The notes below the pieces were generated by a model. That model did not search any database and was not told the DNA's origin. It saw only the letters and a list, made by a program, of their open reading frames with translations. From Selaginella moellendorffii (Eukaryota; Plantae; Lycopodiophyta): a stretch of 64,000 nucleotides of DNA. Each line of letters begins with the position of its first letter. Position 1 is the stretch's first letter. Both the position numbers and the translations under genes were made by a program. The stretch is from contig NW_003314302.1 in assembly GCF_000143415.4 (NCBI RefSeq), forward strand, positions 830,736-894,735, given 5' to 3'. Shown here one piece after another: positions 13,847 to 24,075 of the stretch.

Positions 13847-14783
13847 TCACTTAACGTCAACAGCAACCTGGACGTTGGTCACTGTTACACCCGAATACAT
13901 CCCACTTACAGGGTAGGTGTAGCTCTGGCTGTCTTGGGTTTTGATCACAATGGTACCATTGTAAAACAAGTTGGAAAGTTGGCCCACCTGGGTGAGAGCA
14001 GATGCAGTAACCCCAGAACACCGCCTGTTGACCACTTGAGATCAGTCACCTGGCTGTGGCTGGCTGTCCTGGTGCTTGAATTGCTCACCTCCCACTGGAA
14101 GCTCCCTGTTTCTCCAAGTCCATTCTCTGGAATCCCAGCAGAAACCTGAAAGCCTACAGTTGCAGTGAGGCCCTCAGCCTTGGAAAACTCCCATGAGATT
14201 GTCTCGCTCTTGGAGCCTTCCAGAGTCCAATTGAGGTCGGAATTCTTGCTGTCGTTAGTCTCGTCGAGACTGTCAAGGGTGACGGGTACAATACCACCCA
14301 TCTCATTGAGGCTGGGGTACTCCACATCAGTGAGAGTGAGGAGAAGCAGCGGCTTGAGGAAGACAAAGCCCCAGTTGTTAATGTCTGAACCGGTACTAGC
14401 TTCCACGCCAACCAGGTAGCCCGACCCAACGTCAAGTTTGGTTTCACTGCCCCACTTGCCAGGCCCCGCATCGAAGTTGCGACCGTTGCTGGTGGTGAAC
14501 CAGATGTGGCCTGCTCGGACGTGATTATTTGGTCCCCATCTTCCAGGCGGAGGTGATGCGCTCGGAACTCAAAGGTGTCTGAGGAATCTCCAGTAGCAAC
14601 ACCGAAAGTGGCTCCATCGTACTGGCCCTCTCCATTCTTCCACACGTAGGCACCTCTCACTCTGTTCTCCTGCTTGAAAACGGTGAGCTTGGTGATGAGT
14701 TTCCCGACCTTCCAGGCTTGGACTTCCTGGTATTGGCTACCGGAAGGGCCCCCAACCATGGTAACATCTACAATCACAGACAT
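13847..14783 (-). pseudogene. Jacalin-like lectin + aerolysin-type beta-pore-forming protein (natterin-like/Aep1 type), frameshifted
   Basis: Pieces in different frames join into MSVIVDVTMVGGPSG...TFEF/ERITS/RAGHIWFTTSNGRNFDAGPGKWGSETKLDVGSGYLVGVEASTGSDINNWGFVFLKP...LTDVEYPSL...TVGFQVSAGIPE...FQWEVS.../YNGTIVIKTQD...YPVSGMYSGVT. Frameshifts near 14545-14565 and ~14012. Intronless. Confidence 0.82.
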
Positions 14784-15494
14784 GTTGGCACAAATCAAGC
14801 AAATGCAATATATATAATGGATGATCGTCAAGAAAGGATCGAACTGCTCAACCAATGAAGTCCCGAGCCAATGCTGCTTGGCTCAGGACTCGTTTTATAG
14901 AGGGCTTTTGGCACAATGCAGATTCATGTGAATAGAGCTTGCCAATACACTGTACATATATCGGCACGCGTTTGGTAATTTTGTCTTGTATTTCAATGAA
15001 CATCCTCTAAATTTGTACCCCTAAACCACATTCACCCACGAGGCGATTCCATCACTGACATTCAGCTTTGCGGCCGCCTCTGTTTTATGGTGGGCATGAC
15101 CCGCCTTCCGTACCTGGGTTCATGTCATGTCAGTTTAATACCATTTAAATATTTAAAAAACATTTAGACACTAATTTTAATCAGTAATTTGCAAAAAATC
15201 AGATAAAAAGCACTTACAGAAAGAGCAGTGGGTCCTGCATGCGAGCGCAAGTTTTGCTTCAGCGGGCCACCATTTCGAAACTCGTCACTTTGCGATGTGC
15301 TGCATGGAATCTTCAAGGTTGAGTTGATTGCACAAGAGAAATGTGCAATCTATTTTCTATTCAAGTAGTGCCTGAAATTGGCAAACACGACCATAAGGAA
15401 GAATTGAGTTTAGTCCCAGAGCCTAAAACTAGATTCTACAGCCAAGCAGACCACATCAACATGGTTCCCAAGTGTTGTAAACGTTTCACTTGAT

Positions 15495-16132
15495 CCTTCG
15501 TTTGAGTTGCAATGCCACAAACTATTCCAATCCACAGACCCTGAAAAGAGACAGAAAACTGAGATGCATGACAATTACTTTCCAATATATGGTGGAGATA
15601 AGAGTGGTTTCTATCTGTTTTTTTACTTGCGTTGGCCGCACTCGAGTGTCAAATGAACCCAGTCCGCAAAGACCACAGTGTGTGTGACAATTAGCATTGG
15701 ACTTGCGGATTCCTGCCTAGTTGGAACACTGTTGCTCTCGACGCGGAACGTCCTGGGATATGCCTTTAGCAACGAGGAAGAGCTTGACAAGTACGTCGTA
15801 AAGTTACACATTCACAAGTGTGGTCCTCATTTGTGCTAAACTTTAAGTGTAGCTAGAGGCTGCGGATCTTTAGGCGCCTTTGTAAACCTTGGAACATATT
15901 ATAACCATTGGGACCAGAAAGTCTATTTTCCAAACTTACACACTTGAGAAAGCTGACGTTTCAAGTACGAGAGCTTTGAACGACTCAGTACTCTAAGTTG
16001 CCCACAAAACGAGAAGTCCAGCATAGCTTAAACCATAGACACTTTCTTACCAGATCATAACTGCCGAAGGTATAGCTGCTGCTGTTCTTCTGTAAGACCG
16101 GTGGCCAGCACCAGTGCCGACATGCCAAGTAT
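15495..16132. pseudogene. Scrambled fragments of the MATE gene (both orientations) joined to a fragment of the histidine kinase gene
   Basis: 15500-15570 matches 26930-27000. 15639-15800 and 15847-15905 match the reverse complement of 27260-27432 and 27078-27140. 15931-16077 matches 27595-27770. 16082-16132 matches 11935-11985. Confidence 0.8.
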
Positions 16133-17035
16133 TGCATGCAACTGTAGCAATTTATTTATTTGTTAATATCACATCTTTTCCATGCCTACTATAGGATTCA
16201 AACATCAAACCTTTATTGATTGCCCCGATTAATTCTTGGATTAATTTAAAAACTCAAACTCAAAAATGATTGGGTGCACTTTATATCCTTTTATAATTAA
16301 ATATTAAAAAATTCCTTTTAAATCCAAAAAATAGTGATAGTATGGTTCAAGTAAAAAGTTCAATACCTTTAAACATGACAGAACAATTAAAATACCTTGG
16401 TCATAAAAATAATGTGTTACATAGAGGAATAATAATGTTATTCATGTTTAGTATTATTTATTACCTTCTTGCTTTGGCATTTATACTAGTGTTTCAAAAG
16501 TTAATAATTATGTAAAAATGGTTGTACATCCGAAGGCAGAGACTCGGAAAGTCGTCACTTTCATTGCTTGGGTGTTTGAGATTATTCGCTCCAATCAGGA
16601 TAGGCCAGAAATTTTTAGTGCTTCTTTATGTGGAAGAAAAAAAAAAATCTCGCCAGGAGCTTTTCCTTTGTTATCCAGCTCCAGGAAAACTACAAAACAG
16701 CATGAGAAGCAGCGCAGGAGAATCGAGCAAATCGAGCGGTCGGCGGACGTGTCCTGTCGCATTTCTCACTGCCAAAGCTGCAGCGTCTTGAGCAGATCTT
16801 CTCGAGAAGACGATTTAAAAGATCTGAAACGCCAAAAGTTGTTGTGTTATGTTAAGACTAGTACTTCAGCAAATGCTAGGTGGTTAGTAAGGGTAAATTT
16901 GGTGCTAAAACTGATGCAAACCATTGGGGCTTTATTCCACGGTTTGTTAATTTGCGCTCCTTAAAATCGTGAAGATCTTCGTACGCAAGACGGTTTTATT
17001 GATCTACAAATGATGGAGGATCCATCATCTCTACA

Positions 17036-17377
17036 CTAAAAATGGAACCCTTTCTTCTCGTCCTCCTTGTCCTTATGCTTTGAATCTTCATGATCCATAG
17101 ACTTCTTCCTGCAAATGTTGATATTGATGTTGATGTTATTGTTGTTGTTGTTGCTCCTCTTGTGCTTGCTTTGGCCATAAACCCCATCTTCATGATCATG
17201 ATCACCATCCATCTCAAGGGGATGCATTGTAGACTCTGATTCTACCATTGATGAATCCTGATCAGCAACACCATCATCCACAGACAAGAGCTCCCGTCTA
17301 CCCAAAGAAGAAGAAGAGACTGCTATCTGGAGAGTGGCAAAGGCCAACACCAGAAACAACACCAAAGCAGCCTTCAT
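17036..17377 (-). CDS. Small secreted protein, 113 aa
   Basis: Signal-peptide-like MKAALVLFLVLAFATLQIAVSS, then GRRELL and a D/H/K-rich low-complexity body. A TATA-like AT run lies ~70 bp upstream. Confidence 0.65.
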   Translation of the reverse strand: MKAALVLFLVLAFATLQIAVSSSSLGRRELLSVDDGVADQDSSMVESESTMHPLEMDGDHDHEDGVYGQSKHKRSNNNNNNINININICRKKSMDHEDSKHKDKEDEKKGFHF

Positions 17378-17542
17378 TATTGCAGTAGAGGTTAATGGAA
17401 CTCGATCAATTCTTGCTGAATAATCGCTAGACCTTAGAGGCCTTATATATTATGTTACACTCCAGCATGCATTGCCAAGTGGTTGAATGCTTCATGCATT
17501 CAACCATTGCTAGATAAAACTCTCTCGCTGTAGACATGTAAT

Positions 17543-17628
17543 GTCAGGATATGGCCGAGCGGTCTAAGGCGGCAGACTCAAGTTCTGCTCTTCTCACGAG
17601 GGCGTGGGTTCATATCCCACTTCTGACA
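17543..17628 (+). tRNA. tRNA-Leu(CAA), probably a pseudogene
   Basis: GTCAGGA..TGGCCGAGCGGTCTAAGGCGGCAGACTCAAGTTCTGC..GTGGGTTCATATCCCACTTCTGACA follows the plant Leu-CAA scaffold. It has 2 extra nt after the acceptor stem and T-loop TTCATAT. Confidence 0.8.
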
Positions 17629-17749
17629 TGTACAAGTAGTTTTGTATTTATGGAAAGGCTATCTAAGAGAACACAGCTATAAGGTAGTTCTTGTGATCCC
17701 AACTATAATGCTGGAAGTACATTGCATACTTTAAGTTCGTCAGGAGAAA

Positions 17750-17870
17750 ATGTAAAGGCCAGTATCTATGCAAAGCTCAGCAGCCGTGAAGAAGCTTGGG
17801 AGTTCTTCCAAATGATCACTCTGCCAAAGACATGCTCTTGGGTGGTGATGCTGTTGACTTATGCTCAAAT
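17750..17870 (+). pseudogene. PPR (PLS-type) motif relic
   Basis: SIYAKLSSREEAWEFFQMITLPKTCSWVVMLLTYAQ resembles MYAKCGSLEEAWEVF..M....SWN.M..AYAQ. Confidence 0.55.
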
Positions 17871-18229
17871 GTTAAAATTGAAGTACCACAGATTGCACTA
17901 TAGACCACCTAATGTTGGAAGAGCACAGTCAATTTCTAGTCCTCGTTTGATCCAAATTGAAGAAGTCCGGCGGTGACAAAGCCTTCCCTCCCTATAGAGA
18001 TTGAAAAGGCATTAATAGATGCATTTTCAGCTGGAGAGTTACCAAAAACTCTAAAGCAGTTGATGAGATAGAGGTTCGACACTGTAAACATCTTCTCCTG
18101 ATGAAAAGTATACATTGTGTCGTGAAACTTTCTGGAGCGGTTTCCGTCTGGCAGCTTGTTCTCCTTGTCTTCTTTCAGGGCTTCTTTCACGCACCCAGAT
18201 CTTCCCAGAAGAGAGGTTCTTCAGCTATT

Positions 18230-18450
18230 GGAATCGCAATCCCATCTCGTATGAAACCAGCACGTCCGCACGCAACCCAAACACTAATGAATGTTTTGGC
18301 GTTTGTCTTCACTAATATTCTTGTATAGCTATGCTGTAGAGCAGAGCTCGTTCTTCTACCCCATATTGTCAAACACCTTCTGGGGGGCCGGGCCACAGCC
18401 ACACTTAATTCCATGCATGTCCACGAGTGCGTACATCTTGCGCAACGCAG
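18230..18450 (-). pseudogene. PPR (PLS-type) motif relic
   Basis: ALVDMHGIKCGCGPAPQKVFDNMG and VKTNAKTFISVWVACGRAGFIRDG, interrupted by stops and frameshifts. Confidence 0.55.
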
Positions 18451-20479
18451 CTAATGGCATCAGCCACGATCTTCGTGGACTCCAGGGCTTTCAGACTGGA
18501 ATGGCCGCTGTACGCTGCTATATCATCTCAAAACTGGACCACTGTGAGCCTCGAACATCATCCAAGCTTGTCATAAGACCTGTGCAGTCCTACAGGCGCT
18601 CGGCGATCCGCACCTTGAGTCGCGTACGGTACACAGGCGGACAATGTAGACGAAGTTATTCCTCTCCCACGAAGCACAAACCCGGCCAGTACCCTGTTGA
18701 ACCATTTCAGATTGGCACCGGAAATGCAAGTACAGCGAGAACCTCTAGCACACCTAGCCAACTCACAATGCATAGAGACAGAAATCCTACTTGGGATCCC
18801 GCACGTCTTCACAGAAACCCGGTGTCTACTTGTCTTGAAAAGTCAGTAAAAAGGTCACAACAATCTTTTTTGTAGCAATAACATCACGTTTTTTATTATG
18901 CGTGGATAGATCACTCTAGATATATGATTTTCTAAGCGAGCTTTTCTTCCATTAAAGGTTTGCACATGGGCTCGATCGTTGCCTACATTCTTCTAGCCAA
19001 GACATTCGTTTTGTTTGATCAATCTCTACGGAATATATAATTTTGGGTGGTGGAACTGTGGGATTGCCCCTTGCCGAAACGCTCTCAAGCAAATACAAAG
19101 TTCTCATGGTCGAGAGGGGGGGATCACAGTACGGCAATGGACGGCAATCCAAACATCACCAGGATCAAAAACTTTGGAGCATTTTTACTTGATGACAGAT
19201 CACTCTAGGTTTTCTATTGAGGTCTAGCTTCCCTTCAGGTCAAGTTGACGATTATGACTTTTGGCTAGCTTAGCTTTGTCTCTTCCACTTTCTTATGTGT
19301 GAATAGCTTGATACTGCCAGGCATACAGCCAGCAGCAGCTGGCATTCTAGAATCCTTGTTTTGTTTTTCTTGTCTTTACATGGTATCGAAGATGGCACCA
19401 TTGTTGAGGGGTTTTGGGATGAGGTCTCCAAAAGAACTACTGAAGCTATCTAGATATTGACAGAATGGCAAACGAGATTTGGGATTCTATGTGCTTGATA
19501 CTTGGCAAGACCTGCACAAATTGTTCTTCTTTTTTTTTTTCTTAAACTTCTTGTTGCTTTGCCTTGTCATTTCTTGGTCCTAATTTATCACACATTATGA
19601 CCGATCATTTCCCCTTCCCAACAAAGAGTGCCAACTCTTTCTCCTTTGAGCTTGTTTTCCTAGACTTGAGAAAGCCCTCTAGCATGGTGAGATCTGCCAC
19701 GACATGTGTAAAAGTATTGCTGGAACTTAAGGTGATGTGACCCTGCCAGCTACATTGGTCTGTTCAATCCCTTGAAGAATGTTGTGAGCAGCTCATCATC
19801 ATCGAACTCCTTCATCTGGACTGCATTGATCTGCTTGGCAATATCTACAAGTACATGGGCAAAATCAATCACTGATCCTGCTTACGGCAATTGAGCTGGA
19901 GCTTGAGATTCAACATTTGCAAGAAGCCAGGACACTGGGCAAGACATTGTACAGATGAGGAGGCCAGGAGAGCAAAGGAGGCAAGAAAAGCCTCGGCACA
20001 GAGAGTGGCTGCCAACTTTGCTAGCATGGCAAAGGAGGGCAATGAGGATGATTAGGATAATTACAGCTTGTTTATATCCAGGATGAGGCAGGAATAGAGG
20101 TTGTGGGGCTTGATTTAGGGGCAAAAAAACACCTGACACACCTTAGGGAGCTCTTTACATCACTTAGATCAGAAGGACTTTCCTAGGGGATGATTACTTG
20201 CACAAGGTGGAGAGAGTTTGCACGAGTTACATCAAGCTTCCATTAGAGTAGATTGTGAGTGTATATAATGTTTACTATGTTTCTGGGGTAAACAAGACAT
20301 TATTTTGACTATCCTGACTTGGACATCACTTTCAAGAAGTAGATATGTATGATTGCAAGCTCAGTTGGCAATGCAATTAGGTGTGGGAGGAAATATACTA
20401 AGTTGTATCATCTGAATGTTGAAGTGGAGCCAGAGTGGACTTAAGGAAAGAAGTGGATTTCCAGATATGCCATCAATAG

Positions 20480-20925
20480 CTTGGGCACACCAACCAGGGT
20501 CTGTATTACGCCAAACATCACCTATTTAGTGGGAGTGGTTTCACAGTTCCTAGCAATTCCCGGCTTCCAAGGCAAGCAGTTAAGCAAGTGTTATGTTTCC
20601 TGAAGGGGACAGTTGATTATGTTTTGTGCTACATAAAACAAGAGCAACCTCAACTCAAGCTCTAGGGATTCCTGGATGCAGATTGGGCAAGGGAACTTGA
20701 TCAGCGCAAATCAACTTCTGACTATGTCGTCAGCCAGGGCGTTCTATAGAGTACCCAACTACAGCTGAGCATAGCACTTTCAAGTAAAGAGGCAGAGTAA
20801 ATAGCCAAGGAAATCCTTTGGCTTAAGAGTTTTCTCAACAGACTAAATTACGAGCAGGGAGAGGCAACAGTCCTTCATTGTGATAATCAAGGAGCCATTG
20901 CATTGATGAAGAATCCTCAGTCTAG
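20480..20925 (+). mobile_element. Ty1/copia RT-RNase H relic
   Basis: Translates to QAVKQVLCFLKGTVDY..., LGFLDADWARELDQRKSTSDY and EILWLKSFL...LHCDNQGAIALMKNP. Confidence 0.85.
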
Positions 20926-21612
20926 ACTTCGGCATCTTTCAAGTATCCCGCCAGCCTTGTTCTAGCCCTGGTTTCAGCGTACCGCGTACCACGCGTAGCA
21001 GAAGAACAAGATTACAAGGAGCACGTGGACGATGGACATTCCTTGCGATGCGTCATTTTTGACCGCATAGAGTACAGAATCTCAACCAGGGAGAGCTCCA
21101 AGAATAATCTCAACTCATCCGCATGATGCCCAGTTTAAGTATATACTGCCAGGAGTGCGATCCAAGATACCAGATTCCCTTCTGGATTGCAAGAAACAGA
21201 GCTTTAGTGAGTCCTATGTGGCCCAATCTAGAATATGATGTTAGAATTAAATTGTACGACACTATACTACACTCTGGCACGTAAGAGAGCCATGAGTTTG
21301 AAGAGTTTGGAGTACCCGCTAATGGCAAATGCTGTACGTCCGCCACCGAGTATCACGTATTTCAAATCTTTCTGAGGAGCTTGATCAAACAACAGTTGGA
21401 GCCTTTGCAATGTTTTTCCCGTAAGCATGGACCTAAATAATAGGTAGGTATATATTCCATGAGATTAATAATGAAAAGTTATTTTCCCAAATACAATAAA
21501 ATATAAGTTTATGGTTAAACTTTAAACCACATGAAGGTTGATACTAAATTACAGTAACTCTTAAAGGTAAGGAAGTTTTAGATTTTTAATAAGCAAATGT
21601 TTTATACCGAAG

Positions 21613-23144
21613 TTATAACAATGTCCTACAAAATGCAAACGTGAAGCCACTGCCACAACATACACGACTTCTTTGGCATTGTCCATATTTTACTACTCTA
21701 CAAGGATACCTCTCGTTGCTGAAATGGCCAAGCCCAAGCTGCCCGTGTTCGCCCCATCCCCACGCATACAGGTCACCAGCAGCTGAAAACATTAGATCTT
21801 TAGCATGAATAAAAGGATCAAAGCTCTCCACAAACCATCAACAGCGGCAGAGTGCTCGGATCCAGCAGATATGGAAACTACTGTGTTTTTCCAGCCCTTG
21901 TACTCTGTAAAACTTGGTGTTCGACCTTTCGCTTATGCTGCAACATTTGTCACAGATCATATTCTTGTTTGAAACAAACAAAGAAATAAAGGAAAAACGA
22001 ACCATCTAGAGGATCCGAGTTGACCATGCCAATTAGTCCCCCAAGAAATAGCTTCCCCGTCCTCTGCAGGACACTACTTACAAAAACGGGTTAAAATGGT
22101 ACCAGGGTGTGGTACCTGTAAGACCAAGGCCATGGTTCCAGCCGAGAGAAACTTGGTGGAACTTAAGCTCTTCGCTTCCGAGGAACGGTACGTAAGCACC
22201 CGATTGATCATCAAATGCTTTTCCCCAGAGATAAAGCTGGCCACTGCCTGCCAAAAGATGGAAAAGATTTCCTGGAAAAACGAATTTTCTTTGAGGACTC
22301 ACCACTCAAAGCTGCACTGTGGTCTCCATTTGCTGCCACAATCGAAACAGTGTAGGAGTCGAGCGATGGAATTGCTAGTGGAGATGCCACTTTGTTAAGC
22401 TCTTCGGACGAAAGGCTGCCGAGCTGACCACGCTTGGCTAGTCCAAAAGCTTTGACAACTCGGCCATCACCTTCTCCTGCATCCCTCATTGTCAGAAGAT
22501 AAAAGAGAAAGAAACAGATACATAGATTCACTCACGATTTGGATGCAAAGCACGCAAGCAGGCAAGAAGGAAATTTTTACCGGAGAGAACCAGTGTGTGG
22601 CGCATTCCACAGGCAACTTTGAAAGCATTGGAAAGAGCCAGAACTTTACAGGGAGTTCCTCGACTTACAATGTCTCCATGGCCGAGTTGTCCAAAAGCTC
22701 CATCTCCTCAGGTGAAAAGCTCCCCGGATTCTTGGGGGGAAAAGAAAAGAAGAAGAAAAGTCACAAAGAAAGAAGAAAAGAATTGATCTATCTTACCAGT
22801 GACAAATGCGGTGTGGTTCCATCCAGCAGCTACTTCGCAAACTCTGTGACCTCCAGAAAATTCTACTACACTTGGAAGAACAACAACAGCGGCAGCATCC
22901 TTCTCGGAATCGCCTTCGTGACCAATCAATCCTCGCCCCCACGTCGCCACACGTCCATCTCCATAAAAGAGAGATCAATCCAGAGTCAAACAAAATCTCG
23001 CGAAAACCATACCCAAAATCGCTGCGGCATGGGCGCCTCCACAAGCCATGTCCAGAATTCGATCCATGGCTTGTGGCAGCAGTGCGTCGATCATCGTCCC
23101 AATCCAAGCTGGCCCTGCGTTCCCGCCCGGCCATAGCCAAGCCC
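21613..23144 (-). pseudogene. RCC1-repeat (UVR8/SERGEF-like) gene with inactivating lesions
   Basis: Multi-exon RCC1 repeats (MACGGAHAAAI, VAAGWNHTAFVT, VACGMRHTLVL, AWGWGEHGQLGLG). In-frame TGA at 22710-22708 (ELFT*GDGAFGQLGHG) and a 1-nt frameshift near 23097 (GQLGLG/TMIDALLPQ). Confidence 0.8.
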
Positions 23145-23267
23145 TAAAATTCAAATCTGGAAGAGTTCACAAGGAAAATGGAATTATAGCTTCACTTATT
23201 TTGAGAACTATAGCTTCACTTGTTTGGATCACCCACTCAAATGGAAATATAGCTTCACTGGTTCGGA

Positions 23268-24075
23268 TCACCACTCCATGGAACTTTGTTTGAGATCACT
23301 ACCCAAGGAATCAACAAAGCAGTCCCTGAGGAATGCCACAATGTCGTCCATTTCTTCCGGCTCCTTGAACCAGTGCCCGTCAAGCTCGGCACCGACGTAC
23401 TCCTTCCACGTCAAGTTCTTCACCATCGCAGCCTTGAGCACGTCACGCGCTTGCCTCCCAAACTTCACGTCCACCATCTCATCGTCGGTGCCATGTCCCA
23501 GGAAAACCGGCGTCTCCTCAACCCCGCCACCTTGAATCTCTTAGCCCAAGCTTTCCACGAAAATGGGAAGAGACCTCTGCGAGAGAACCGAGTTCTTCCA
23601 CTTCGTCCGCGAAAGGAAGCCATCCGCTAGCACCCACGAATCCCCCGAGCTTGTGGCTTCCTCCCAGCAGGACGTGGAGCGCCGTGGCTTGTCCCTGGCT
23701 GATACCGCCCAGCACCACCTTGGCGGCGTCACCACCGAGACGCGCGACCTCGTCTTGGATCACCCCACGCACGAACTCCACCGAGCTCTTCAATCCGGGG
23801 ACCTGGAGGTGCTTGTTCTTGCTTATGTCCGTCAGCGACGGCGCATCAAACCAGGCGCTCATCGCCTCCAAGAACTGGCTCGACCAGAGAGTTTGCGCGC
23901 TTGGGAACACCCAGCGAACGCCTGGGAAGTGGGCAAACAGCGACTGCCCGCTGGACGTGGTCATACCTTGGAGGTCTTCCACAAACTCCTCCCCGTTACT
24001 GCCGCGGCCGTGGAGAAGAATGACCGTGTGCGTGTGCTGCTCCACAGCGTCAAGGACGTGCACACCGAAACCCAT
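23268..24075 (-). pseudogene. Phospholipase/carboxylesterase (abhydrolase_2), fungal type, intronless, one frameshift
   Basis: HTHTVILLHGRGSNG, nucleophile GGISQG, SGWLPF. After a 1-nt frameshift near 23540 it continues TPVFLGHGTDDEMVDVKFGRQARDVL...WKEYVGAELDGHWFKEPEEMDDIVAFL, which holds the catalytic D and H. Confidence 0.85.

Noticed and set aside
19480-20100. Possible minus-strand gag relic (SVIDFAHVLVDIAKQINAV...DDELLTTFFKGL)
   Set aside because: Too short and degenerate to support a call.
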